Position numbers and translations under genes: made by a program | From: Snodgrassella sp. | GTDB taxonomy: Bacteria; Pseudomonadota; Gammaproteobacteria; Burkholderiales; Neisseriaceae | NCBI GenBank assembly: GCA_024103515.1 | Contig: JAGGIK010000004.1 | Coordinates: 2,769-66,768 of the forward strand | Direction of reading: 5' to 3' | DNA length: 64,000 nt | Shown: one piece after another, positions 10,499 to 21,006 of the stretch | How positions within the stretch are numbered: the stretch's first letter is position 1 | Layout: the number at the start of each line of letters is the position of its first letter | Notes under the pieces: generated by a model | What the model was told of the DNA's origin: nothing | Seen by the model: the letters and a program-made list of their open reading frames with translations, nothing else | Databases searched by the model: none

Positions 10499-10835
10499 CA
10501 CACTCAGTTTGACTATCATTTATCCGATAAACAGTTCAAATTACTTATTTATTGTGACAAATGAGTGATCAGACTAAGTAAATTTATTTATCTATATCAA
10601 AAATATGGTTACTTTATTCAAACATCAAGTTTTCAGCACTATAATACAACACTCATTTACAGCATTCTAAACACAGTCTGTAACTTGCCCTTTTCACTTA
10701 GATAATCCATCAATTTATTGCGTTATTTTGTCATAACAAAATTTAATCTAAGTAATGTTACTTCACTAAATTATTGTTTATATGCAAAGATTTTCCCAAT
10801 GTATGGAATTTTAATGTATTAACGCTTAAATTTCA

Positions 10836-10864
10836 TTGCTCGATACAAAATGCTTGCATACAAT
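10836..10864 (+). promoter_or_regulatory. Candidate sigma70 promoter for the pot operon
   Basis: TTGCTC-17 bp-TACAAT, about 110 nt upstream of the potG ATG. Confidence 0.5.
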
Positions 10865-10974
10865 GCACCCTCTTAAGGCAGGAGCAGACTTGTTTTTGCA
10901 TCGTTCTTTATACACCACAGAACATTTGCATATGCACTGCATTGGCTGGAACGATTATTTTGGAGCACCCTATC

Positions 10975-12105
10975 ATGAGCGAAAACTCACCTACCAAGCC
11001 AAATGTTGATCAGGCACATTACCTACAGATCAAAGACATTGTTAAAACTTTCGGCGATAACTATGCCGTAGATCATGTCACCCTAAATATTGAGAAAAAT
11101 GAAATATTTGCATTGCTTGGAAGCTCTGGTAGCGGCAAATCTACATTGTTGCGTATACTGGCTGGTATGGAAACACCTTCTCAAGGTCAAATAATTCTGG
11201 ATGGTGAGGATATCACTAAACTACAGCCTTATGATCGTCCAATCAATATGATGTTTCAGAGTTACGCTTTATTTCCACACATGACTGTGGAACAGAATAT
11301 CGCGTTCGGACTAAAACAAGACAAGCTACCTAAAGATGAAATTGCGGCCCGCGTTGAAGAAATGTTGCGTCTAGTGCAAATGACTAAATATGCTAAACGT
11401 AAACCACATCAGCTATCCGGAGGGCAACAACAACGCGTTGCCTTAGCTCGGAGTCTGGCTAAACGACCAAAACTACTGTTATTGGATGAACCTTTAGGTG
11501 CACTGGATAAAAAGTTGCGCCAACAAACACAGCTTGAGTTAGTCAACACCCTCGAAAAGGTAGGAGCAACTTGTATCATGGTTACACATGATCAGGAAGA
11601 AGCCATGACTATGGCTTCCCGTATTGCGATCATGTCAGACGGTCAACTAATGCAGGTTGGTACCCCATCTGATATCTATGACTATCCCAACAGTCGCTTC
11701 ACCGCCGAATTCATGGGTGAAACTAATATCTTATCCGGTATAGTAACTGAAGACGGCTCTGACCATACCGTTATTCACTGCTCTGACATAGAACAACTTG
11801 TTTATCTAGGACATGGCATTAGTGGCCCAGAAGATCAGTATATCTGGCTGTCTATTCGTCCGGAAGACATTAATATCTATCGTATACAACCACAACAGGA
11901 ATATAACTGGTCTGTTGGTATAGTTAAAGAAATTGCCTATCTAGGTAGCTTTGGGATTTTTCACATCCAGCTGCCTTCTGGGAAAATCATCAAAAGTCAG
12001 GTTTTGTCATCTTATTGGGAACAAAACAACATACCTATGCCTACGTGGGAAGAAAAAGTTTACATCAGCTGGCCAGACGATCAAGCCAGCCCACTGACAT
12101 ATTAA
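10975..12105 (+). CDS. potG: Polyamine (putrescine) ABC transporter ATP-binding subunit (PotG/PotA)
   Basis: Walker [47 protein letters not shown]; GGAG RBS before ATG 10975. Confidence 0.9.
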   Translation: MSENSPTKPNVDQAHYLQIKDIVKTFGDNYAVDHVTLNIEKNEIFALLGSSGSGKSTLLRILAGMETPSQGQIILDGEDITKLQPYDRPINMMFQSYALFPHMTVEQNIAFGLKQDKLPKDEIAARVEEMLRLVQMTKYAKRKPHQLSGGQQQRVALARSLAKRPKLLLLDEPLGALDKKLRQQTQLELVNTLEKVGATCIMVTHDQEEAMTMASRIAIMSDGQLMQVGTPSDIYDYPNSRFTAEFMGETNILSGIVTEDGSDHTVIHCSDIEQLVYLGHGISGPEDQYIWLSIRPEDINIYRIQPQQEYNWSVGIVKEIAYLGSFGIFHIQLPSGKIIKSQVLSSYWEQNNIPMPTWEEKVYISWPDDQASPLTY

Positions 12106-12124
12106 TGGCATTGAGGGCTTTATT

Positions 12125-13093
12125 ATGAACTGGTTTAAACGTCTGCATGGACTGCGTCCGACACAGGGGCTGGTGGTATCGATTCCCTATATTTGGCTTA
12201 TCCTGCTGTTTCTTGTACCATTTTTTATTGTACTTAAAATCAGCTTTTCTCAACAAGATGTTGCCATTCCACCATACACTCCGTTATATGAAGCTGATAT
12301 GGATATGGGTAGAATCAATATAATGATCAGCTATCAGAATTATGCTGATATTTTTAACGATTTCTGGCACTCACTTGGTCAAATGCTGATAGGGCGTCCC
12401 GGTAATAATATTTACCTACTAGCCTATTGGTTATCCATAAAAAATGCATTTATTACCACAATTATCTGTCTGCTGGTCGGCTATCCAATCGCCTACACTA
12501 TTTCTCGCACTCCGGAGAAATATCGTAATGGCCTGTTACTAACCATTATGCTGCCATTCTGGACTTCATTTTTATTACGTGTATATGCGTGGATAAGCCT
12601 GCTAGGACGAAATGGTATTATTAATACTTATCTGCTCAAATGGGGAATTATTCAGAATCCACTCGATATGTTCTATAACAATTTTTCTTTAATTCTGGTA
12701 ATGGTCTATGCCTATCTACCATTTATGATACTGCCACTATATACCCAATTGGTGAAATTGGATAATCGCTATCTTGAGGCAGCCGCTGATTTAGGCGCAG
12801 GCCCAATTAAAACCTTTTGTGCGGTTACTCTACCCTTATCCAAAGCCGGCATTATTTCAGGCTCCATGCTCGTATTTATACCCGCCATAGGTGAATTTGT
12901 TATTCCTGAACTGGTTGGCGGTACAGAAAACCAGATGATCGGTAAAGTATTATGGCAGACATTCTTTAATGAAAATAACTGGCCATTGGCATCGGCTTTA
13001 GCAATCATCATGGTTATATTATTGGTTATTCCCATCACCTTGTACCATCGTTTTGAAAATCGTGAGATTGAAAAAGGAAGCGAACATGCATAA
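12125..13093 (+). CDS. potH: Polyamine ABC transporter permease (PotH/PotB)
   Basis: LPFWTSFLLRVYAW, YLPFMILPLY and EAAADLGA loop. Confidence 0.88.
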   Translation: MNWFKRLHGLRPTQGLVVSIPYIWLILLFLVPFFIVLKISFSQQDVAIPPYTPLYEADMDMGRINIMISYQNYADIFNDFWHSLGQMLIGRPGNNIYLLAYWLSIKNAFITTIICLLVGYPIAYTISRTPEKYRNGLLLTIMLPFWTSFLLRVYAWISLLGRNGIINTYLLKWGIIQNPLDMFYNNFSLILVMVYAYLPFMILPLYTQLVKLDNRYLEAAADLGAGPIKTFCAVTLPLSKAGIISGSMLVFIPAIGEFVIPELVGGTENQMIGKVLWQTFFNENNWPLASALAIIMVILLVIPITLYHRFENREIEKGSEHA

Positions 13094-13949
13094 TCAAAAA
13101 TCCTCATGGTTTACGAAAGGCACGCTGTTATTAGGATTAGTTTTTCTTTATATACCCCTAGTGGTTTTGATTATTTATTCTTTCAACAGCTCGCGACTGG
13201 TAACCATTTGGGGCGGATTTTCTACTCAATGGTATAGCAAACTGCTGCATAATGAACAAATACTGGATGCCGTCTGGCTATCAATTCGCATTGCGCTCTG
13301 TTCGGCGGCCGCTGCTGTTATTCTTGGCACACTGGCTGGTTATGCACTGGCTCGCATAAAACGCTTTCGCGGCAGTACATTATTTACCGGTATGGTTTCC
13401 GCACCAATGGTTATGCCAGACATTATTACCGGCTTATCTATGTTGCTGTTGATTATTCAGGTACAGATGTTTTTACAAAATAGTGCTATAGATGTACTGT
13501 ATTTCGAGCGTGGATTTTTTACCATCTGGCTAGGACATACAACCTTATGCATGGCCTATGTCACCGTTATCATCAGATCACGTTTAACAGAATTAGATCA
13601 GTCACTTGAAGAAGCAGCCAAAGATTTAGGTGCACGCCCGTTAAAAGTTTTCTTTTTAATTACGTTACCTTCCATTGCGCCAGCCCTAGCATCCGGTTTT
13701 TTGTTATCAATCACTCTTTCACTGGATGATCTAGTAATCGCTTCATTCTTATCAGGTCCAGGCTCTTCAACATTGCCCATGATTATATTCTCCAAAATCA
13801 AACTTGGACTGGATCCGCAGATGAATGTTCTGGCAACCATTATCATTACATTGGTCGGTACATTAGCTGTTGGCATCAACTACTTCATGATGTGTCAAAA
13901 TACCCGACGCGGACGTGAAATGGTTGAGGCCTATCACCAAAACCAATAA
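13086..13949 (+). CDS. potI: Polyamine ABC transporter permease (PotI/PotC)
   Basis: FLYIPLVVLIIYSFN, EEAAKDLGA and TLSLDD motifs; start overlaps the end of potH. Confidence 0.88.
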   Translation: MHNQKSSWFTKGTLLLGLVFLYIPLVVLIIYSFNSSRLVTIWGGFSTQWYSKLLHNEQILDAVWLSIRIALCSAAAAVILGTLAGYALARIKRFRGSTLFTGMVSAPMVMPDIITGLSMLLLIIQVQMFLQNSAIDVLYFERGFFTIWLGHTTLCMAYVTVIIRSRLTELDQSLEEAAKDLGARPLKVFFLITLPSIAPALASGFLLSITLSLDDLVIASFLSGPGSSTLPMIIFSKIKLGLDPQMNVLATIIITLVGTLAVGINYFMMCQNTRRGREMVEAYHQNQ

Positions 13950-14288
13950 ATGTACAACAATATTTAATTTCCCATTGAAACTAAACTGGTAACGATCTCT
14001 TACAGATAAAAGCCAGTTTATTTTTATTAATTTATTTATAACATCGCAAATTGTATACTACTGATTTGTGCTTAGATGAAGCATCTCATAAAATATTTTG
14101 TTGCAGATATCATCAGCCTACATATTTTTAATAAATTTTGATATTATTCAGAATAATTATATTTTGGATAATAGCCGTACCTCATTAAAAGAAACATACA
14201 CATCCTTTATATAGCTAAACAGAGTAATTTTCATCTAGTATAGTACAATCAATCTTTTTATTTAAGTCATCAACTAATTACAGTGCAC

Positions 14289-15071
14289 ATGTCAGAACCC
14301 GTTAATTCTCCTTTTTATCTGCAAGCTCTCAAGCAGTGTTTGAGTAAGCAAACCAAGTTAATGCAAAAACATTCATTATCAAATGGGCAAACGGTTTGGG
14401 TACGACGAGCTGGGGCACGCAACAGTATCTGGCGCTATCGCTTGATGAAGGTTGCACAGAAAATTAGTGGGATACATATGCTTCAACCTGTTCCCAACCT
14501 AGGTGGCATCACTTCCTTGCAAACGGAAGCGCAACGGTTGCAAGAATTAGCACGAGCAGGTATTTATGTACCGAAAATATTGGCACAACAAGATAATGCT
14601 AATATGATCAGTGATATAGGTAAAAATAATCTTGAAAAAGAATGGTGGCTTTGCCATAACGAACATAAAATTTTGCTGCAACGCTGGCAACTTGGTCTCA
14701 ATGCGATTGCTAATGTACATCAACATCAGCAATACCTGAGCGAATCGTTTGCCCGCAACATGATATTTGTTAACGATAGTCTCATCGGCTTTATTGACTT
14801 TGAAGATGATCCATTGTCAGCAATGTCACTACCCCAATGCCATGCTCGCGATTTTCTTTGTTATCTGCATTCAGGAGCTCTGCTAATGACTGAATTCGGC
14901 GTAAGCGCGGAAGCTCGCGAACTTTGGCATAACCTCATTGCTCTGCAACCTGAGGCAATCCAATCAATTATCCATACCAGCCTGCATAAAATTCGCTGGA
15001 TGCGTCGTCTTACCGCCCAATTCTATGGCAAAGATACACTGAAGCTCGCCGCTATGGCCAATTTTACCTGA
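14289..15071 (+). CDS. Protein-kinase-like fold protein (Kdo/WaaP/InaA-like), possibly catalytically divergent
   Basis: E..RL.EL..AGI.VPKIL, ARN and GFIDFE segments typical of kinase-like folds; no HxD catalytic motif. Confidence 0.6.
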   Translation: MSEPVNSPFYLQALKQCLSKQTKLMQKHSLSNGQTVWVRRAGARNSIWRYRLMKVAQKISGIHMLQPVPNLGGITSLQTEAQRLQELARAGIYVPKILAQQDNANMISDIGKNNLEKEWWLCHNEHKILLQRWQLGLNAIANVHQHQQYLSESFARNMIFVNDSLIGFIDFEDDPLSAMSLPQCHARDFLCYLHSGALLMTEFGVSAEARELWHNLIALQPEAIQSIIHTSLHKIRWMRRLTAQFYGKDTLKLAAMANFT

Positions 15072-15124
15072 TCTGTCCTCAATGGTCAGCTAAAGTGAAC
15101 GACTAAGACCTAATTTTTAATCAT

Positions 15125-15158
15125 AAAAAACCAAGCTGCTTTCTATTGAAAGCAGCTT
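15125..15158 (-). terminator. Terminator downstream of fnr
   Basis: AAGCTGCTTTC-TATT-GAAAGCAGCTT stem with an adjacent A tract (U tract on minus strand). Confidence 0.65.
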
Positions 15159-15178
15159 ACCAAGCTTGTTTCAGGTAA

Positions 15179-15919
15179 CTAACCTATAGCTTTTTGACAA
15201 CTCAACACAATCTCGTGCAGTACCCAAGGCTGAACCAATTGGATGTGTTTATGCTCAACCTTGATCAGTCCTTCCTGTTGAAATTTTGATAAAGTACGGC
15301 TGACTGTTTCCAGCTTCAGACCAAGATAACTGCCGATTTCCTCACGCGACATACGCAAAATAAAATCATTGGCAGCAAAACCTCGATAATTTAGTCGTTG
15401 CGATAGATTAACTAGAAAAGCCGCCAATCTTTCCTCCGCGCGCATATTACCCAGCATGAGCATGATTTCCTGATTACGCACAATCTCACGACTCATTAGT
15501 TTATAAAAATGCGTTTGTATCGAAGGAATCAGGGTACCGGCCTGTTCAAGATGGATAAAAGGCAGTTCACACACTTCACTATCTTCCAAAGCAACTGCAT
15601 CACAACTGTGATGATTGTTACAAATTCCATCCAGCCCTAGAAGTTCACCAGACATAAAAAATCCAGTTACCTGATCCCGCCCATCCTGACTATTAACTAT
15701 CGTTTTAAAAAAGCCTGTACGCACAGCGAATATAGACCTAAAAGATTCTCCAGCTCGAAAAAGATACTCTCCCTTTTTCAAGCGTCTGCTATGACGAATA
15801 ACACTATTTAGTTCATCTAACTCTTTATCTTTCAGAATTACAGGCATACACAGTACATGGAAAGAACATTTTTCACATAAATTTTGTACTATTTCACTCT
15901 GTTTGTGTATTTTTATCAT
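15179..15919 (-). CDS. fnr: Fumarate/nitrate reduction regulator (4Fe-4S oxygen sensor)
   Basis: N-terminal C-x2-C-x5-C, fourth Cys in SEVCELP, HTH EIGSYLGLKLETVSR. Confidence 0.95.
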   Translation of the reverse strand: MIKIHKQSEIVQNLCEKCSFHVLCMPVILKDKELDELNSVIRHSRRLKKGEYLFRAGESFRSIFAVRTGFFKTIVNSQDGRDQVTGFFMSGELLGLDGICNNHHSCDAVALEDSEVCELPFIHLEQAGTLIPSIQTHFYKLMSREIVRNQEIMLMLGNMRAEERLAAFLVNLSQRLNYRGFAANDFILRMSREEIGSYLGLKLETVSRTLSKFQQEGLIKVEHKHIQLVQPWVLHEIVLSCQKAIG

Positions 15920-16174
15920 AATATTTGTCTAATTTTTTCACCGAATAATTGTCAGCTACGCACTTCCTTGATATTCTAATCTATATCAATTCTATATTGT
16001 AAAATGACTGACATCAGCAAAGTATATTGAATTTTCTATTCAACCCTGATTTAATAGAAAGAAAGTATTTTCTGAAGTTACAGCTAAAAGCCCCAATATC
16101 TTATTCTAACACAAATAACTATTATTCTGCCCCTTAAACACCCTCATTCAAACAAAGAATATCTGTAACGCCTG

Positions 16175-17560
16175 ATGAAAACACCTAGATTTGCCATTGA
16201 ATTTGACCGCGCACTAATTGCATCGCTGCCTTCCTTGGGTCCTCGCTATACTTCCTACCCGACTGCGGATCGTTTTTATTCTGAATTTGGAGCCAGTGAA
16301 CTACAAGCTGCATTGCATCAACATATAGGCAATAAGCCCATATCACTGTATATACATATCCCCTTTTGCAATACCATTTGCTATTACTGCGGCTGCAATA
16401 AAATCATTACCAAAGACATTAGTCGGGCAGATCGTTATATCCAGTATCTGGATAAGGAAATGGCTTTATTAGCAGAAAATTGGATTGGCAAACCAGTACT
16501 GGCACAGCTACATTTCGGTGGCGGTACGCCCACTTTCCTTAACACCGCGCAGTTAAGCCATATCTTTACTAGTATCAGCCGTTACTTCACCCTGACAGAT
16601 AGCGGCGAATACTCAATTGAAGTTGATCCTCGTAACGTAACAGAGCAGACAGTTGCCTTTCTCGGAAAATTAGGCTTTAACCGCATGAGTATCGGCATTC
16701 AGGATTTTAATCCAACGGTACAGAAAGCGGTAAACCGTGTGCAAAGCAAAGCTGAAACCCGCAACGTTATTGAAGCAGCACGCCGCAGTGGTTTTCATTC
16801 GATCAGTGTTGATTTAATTTATGGTCTTCCCCATCAGACTGAAGAGTCTATGCAGGAAACCCTGCAACATATATCGGATCTACAACCTGATCGCATAGCG
16901 ATGTATCATTATGCACATCTTCCGCACTTATTTAAACCGCAACGACGCATCGATACAGCAGCAATACCAGACAGCAGTACCAAACTGGATATATTACAAA
17001 ATACCATTCATTATCTGCTGGAAAATGATTACATCTTTATTGGTATGGATCATTTTGCCAAGCCGGAGGATGAACTGGCCATAGCACTGAAAGAAAACCG
17101 TTTACAACGGAATTTTCAAGGATATTCAACCCATGCTGATTGCGATATGATTGCCATAGGTGTATCCAGTATTGGTAAAATTGCTGATATCTACAGTCAG
17201 AATGAAAAAAATCTGCCATCATACTATCAGGCACTTGATGAAAATCGTCTGCCTATACTGCGTGGTTATCAGCTTAACGACGACGACTTATTACGTCGAC
17301 GCATCATTCAGGATCTGATGTGCCATTTCGAACTCAAGTATGCTGATTATTCCACTATACTGCAACAATCCTTTCAGCATCACTTTACAACCGAACTCGC
17401 CGACCTTAAGCAATTGGCAGAACTGGGATTATTGCAGCTAGACGAACATGGAATGCTAGTAACGCCAAAAGGACGGCTGCTGATTCGCAATATTGCTATG
17501 GTATTTGATCATTACTTGCGCCAGAAACAAACTGATGCCCATTATTCGCGTACACTATAA
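16175..17560 (+). CDS. hemN: Oxygen-independent coproporphyrinogen III oxidase
   Basis: GPRYTSYP, radical SAM FCNTICYYCGC, GGGTP, IGMDHFA and RNFQGY motifs; divergent from fnr. Confidence 0.96.
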   Translation: MKTPRFAIEFDRALIASLPSLGPRYTSYPTADRFYSEFGASELQAALHQHIGNKPISLYIHIPFCNTICYYCGCNKIITKDISRADRYIQYLDKEMALLAENWIGKPVLAQLHFGGGTPTFLNTAQLSHIFTSISRYFTLTDSGEYSIEVDPRNVTEQTVAFLGKLGFNRMSIGIQDFNPTVQKAVNRVQSKAETRNVIEAARRSGFHSISVDLIYGLPHQTEESMQETLQHISDLQPDRIAMYHYAHLPHLFKPQRRIDTAAIPDSSTKLDILQNTIHYLLENDYIFIGMDHFAKPEDELAIALKENRLQRNFQGYSTHADCDMIAIGVSSIGKIADIYSQNEKNLPSYYQALDENRLPILRGYQLNDDDLLRRRIIQDLMCHFELKYADYSTILQQSFQHHFTTELADLKQLAELGLLQLDEHGMLVTPKGRLLIRNIAMVFDHYLRQKQTDAHYSRTL

Positions 17561-19183
17561 CCAGACTACCGCTGTGATAAAGTTTATTAGAAAAACAATA
17601 AAATGTGACAACAAAGATCATAAACCTACTACATCGATTACTTAATTAAGCACATTATTTGGTCGATCTATAGGTGGGCATATGCATGTGATGCCCGCCC
17701 TAATAACCATTCAAGATATAAAATAAGTTATCTTTAGATCATGCTTATTATGCAAAAATAAAGTGACATAAATATATTGGCTTTTTTATATGTGCGATCA
17801 TACACAATCAACAAAAAACTAATTAATCAATACATTAATAACAAAGATAATATATTAAGCTAAAGCTTATCTTTTTAATGGCGTAAAACTAATCTAAAAG
17901 CGCATACAATAAATATTTAAAATTTTCAAATGATTGATAAGGCTAAAGTTTGTGTCAATTTTGATTCAATTCAATCATAAATCAGAAAAGTATACGTTTT
18001 CATTATTCACATTTGATGATTAAACAATAATCATAATTTTTAGCAAAAAACAAGGTACTCGATCTCGGAAAATTTAGTTTCAAAATATTACAAATTATTT
18101 ATGGCCAATTGCTATATTCTTTTGGTTTCATTACGAGTAAAATAGTCTGTAAAAAATCATGACACACAAAAAAATTCTTATTAAAATAACTAAGACAAAT
18201 AACATCACTAAATTATCTGCCCGTAGTCCATAAATAACCCTTGTCTTGATCCAAATATAATACTGGCCAATGCAATTAACCTGTTGTGCAACAAATAAAT
18301 TTTTAATCAGGTGTTAAAGTAATAGTATCTAAAATTTGCCCTCTCCCCTAATCATTACAGTAAAATAATTGGCTGCTAAAAATAACTGATGTAGCCTAAT
18401 CCATTTGTATAATTTCCCCGTTGATTAAATTTTTTATTCTATATTAATATTTATATCAAAATACTTGGATAAATTAACCATAAATATTTGTTTCTTAAAA
18501 TGTCTCACACTCTTAAAGAGCTGATTTTATTTTTAGATGAAACATTAACATAAGCATCATCACCTTCATTCCAGTAAATCAATACAAACAATACAATATC
18601 ACCGCATAACGTCGTCACCTTCGCCAGATTGTGTGCTGATTTTAATGACTGAAAAGTAAGCCAGTTGCATCTAAAACTATCATTTGCGGTCATTTCATCA
18701 TCACCATATTGTCACTAAGCAAAACCTGCACAATTGGAGCACAACCGCAATTGGTCACTGCTGTAACATTTCTTGATAACGGTTAATAAAGTGCCACGAA
18801 AATCTATTGCATAAACAGCATCCGCGACCCATGGTTTGTTTTATAAAAATTGTTCAAATTCACTTAACCAAACTATACGAACCAGCAGAGATAAAAGCTA
18901 GTAATGATTCTAGTCAAAGCAGATAAATGTTGCCCCTGCAAACAAACCACGATTACCGGCAACCATACTGCACCAAAATTCAAAGCAATACCAGCCGGCC
19001 CTCACCATAATGATCTTTATCAGACAGTATAAACACACTCCTGCCTAATAACACACCTCATAAAATTCATGGCTACCCTCGTTTCAGCATTCTCCACTAT
19101 GCATAACATACATTGTTATGATCCTATTGTTCTGCTCATTTTTTCATCTTCGCAATCTTGAAAACCATATGCATCATCAACTT

Positions 19184-19555
19184 TTATTCCTGAAAATTAC
19201 TTACAAGGCGCTGCCGTTCTATCATCACACCAACCTGCTGCACCCCGGCAAGTATGCCTGGTTTAACTACTCTAACCTTCACCGAAGAAGCTGGATAGCT
19301 CGTTAGAATAAGCTGTGCCACATATTCGGCCAATGTTTCTAACAATAAAAAAGACTGTTGCGCCAACGCAGTTCGAATATCTTCGGCCACCTGTGCATAA
19401 TGAATCGTTGTCTCAATATCATCATTTAGTGTCGCCTGCTGAAAATCCGTGCATATATCAATATCCAGCACCAAACCCTGTTGCTGCTGGCGTTCCCACT
19501 CATATACTCCGATCAACGTCTCAACTTTCAAACCATATAAAAAGATAGTATCCAT
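19184..19555 (-). CDS. folB: Dihydroneopterin aldolase
   Basis: MDTIFLYGL..ETLIGVYEWER, LLETLAE and KPG motifs; divergent from plsY. Confidence 0.93.
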   Translation of the reverse strand: MDTIFLYGLKVETLIGVYEWERQQQQGLVLDIDICTDFQQATLNDDIETTIHYAQVAEDIRTALAQQSFLLLETLAEYVAQLILTSYPASSVKVRVVKPGILAGVQQVGVMIERQRLVSNFQE

Positions 19556-19610
19556 GTCCTACCTGCTCAGTTAAAATGTACACCTCAAAATTGTAGAAAA
19601 AAACACCTCT

Positions 19611-20213
19611 ATGAGCACCTTCATTACCATTCTCGGCGCCTACCTACTTGGCTCACTGTCTTTTGCCGTTATCGTATCACGTTGTATGGGCATGCCTGAC
19701 CCGCACAGTTATGGCTCTGGTAATCCCGGCGCCACCAATGTCTTACGCGCCGGTAGAAAAAGTGCCGCTGCTTTAACCCTGCTAGGAGATGCTTTAAAGG
19801 GCTGGATAGCAGTATGGCTCGCCTGCCGCTATCAGATAACTTGGCACCTAACTAACCATACTATTGCTATTGTAGCCGTATCTGTACTGCTGGGTCATAT
19901 GTGGCCTGTATTTTTCAAATTTAAAGGTGGAAAAGGAGTAGCCACGGCACTAGGAGTGTTACTAGCACTTTCATGGCCTACTGCCTTAATTTGTACTGCT
20001 ATATGGCTAATTATGGCCTTTGGCTTTAAAGTTTCGTCACTTGCAGCATTAATTGCCACCATCATCAGCCCTTTCGTGGCTTGGTGGTTTATACCACAAC
20101 CCAGCTGGATCATATCAGTCATTGTTATCGATTTTCTGGTACTTTACCGACACAAAAGCAATATCTGCAAGCTGTTAAGTGGCAAAGAAAGTAAAATCGG
20201 CCAATCAGAATAA
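19611..20213 (+). CDS. plsY: Glycerol-3-phosphate acyltransferase
   Basis: YLLGS, GSGNPGATNVLR, GHMWP, FKGGKGVAT and RHKSNI motifs. Confidence 0.96.
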   Translation: MSTFITILGAYLLGSLSFAVIVSRCMGMPDPHSYGSGNPGATNVLRAGRKSAAALTLLGDALKGWIAVWLACRYQITWHLTNHTIAIVAVSVLLGHMWPVFFKFKGGKGVATALGVLLALSWPTALICTAIWLIMAFGFKVSSLAALIATIISPFVAWWFIPQPSWIISVIVIDFLVLYRHKSNICKLLSGKESKIGQSE

Positions 20214-20217
20214 ATTA

Positions 20218-20250
20218 CAAAAAAGACAACTTAACCAAGTTGTCTTTTTG
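20218..20250. terminator. Bidirectional terminator between plsY and the DedA gene
   Basis: AAAAAGACAACTT-AACC-AAGTTGTCTTTTT. Confidence 0.75.
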
Positions 20251-20307
20251 AATATCAGCAGGCATAAGGATAGCCACTTGAATCAAACATTCAACCCATT
20301 TTCATCC

Positions 20308-20970
20308 CTAATTTTTGTTTTCCTTAGCTGTTCTATCCCGACGTATTTCGGCTATCTTATTTTTAAAGAATAAAGAACGTCGACGTTTTTGACGCCAATA
20401 ATACAATAAAACCAATGCTCCGAATGCTATGACGACATACAAACCAGCCTGAAACTGATGTACCTTACGCATTAACCAGTCTACATTTTCTGCACCATAT
20501 TCACCTAGATAAACCCATACTGGAACCGAGATTAAGGCTGCCAGTGTATCCATAATAAGGAACTTTAAGATTGAAACATTACCACTAATGCCAGCAGTCA
20601 GAAAAATTGGGGCACGTAATCCAGGTAAAAATCGCCCAACAAATAAAACCCTATTACCATAGCGACTAAATTTATCTTGTACCTGAGCATAGCGTGCTGG
20701 TGTTAACAGTCGTTGCACAAACTTAAATCTTAAAATGCGATCGCCATATAATTTCCCTAAAACAAACATCAAACTATCGCCAACCAATACACCAGCCATA
20801 CCCACAGCAAGCATAATATGAGCATTAGCATGTCCCAGGCCGGCTATCACTCCTCCAGCAACTAAAGTCACATCTTCTGGAATTGGAATTCCAAAACCAC
20901 AGATGACCAGAACGAAAAATACTGCAGCATAGCCATATTGTGTAAAAAAAGCTTCTAGTAAAGCAAACAT
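20308..20970 (-). CDS. DedA-family membrane protein
   Basis: GIPIPED, GDSLMF.LG and GRFLPGLR DedA motifs. Confidence 0.9.
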   Translation of the reverse strand: MFALLEAFFTQYGYAAVFFVLVICGFGIPIPEDVTLVAGGVIAGLGHANAHIMLAVGMAGVLVGDSLMFVLGKLYGDRILRFKFVQRLLTPARYAQVQDKFSRYGNRVLFVGRFLPGLRAPIFLTAGISGNVSILKFLIMDTLAALISVPVWVYLGEYGAENVDWLMRKVHQFQAGLYVVIAFGALVLLYYWRQKRRRSLFFKNKIAEIRRDRTAKENKN

Positions 20971-21006
20971 ATCATGCCCGTCTTTCTATCATCTGAGTAC
21001 CACTGC

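Noticed and set aside
10774-10974. 67-aa N-terminal extension of PotG in the ORF track
   Set aside because: Begins upstream of the candidate promoter; the GGAG RBS supports ATG 10975
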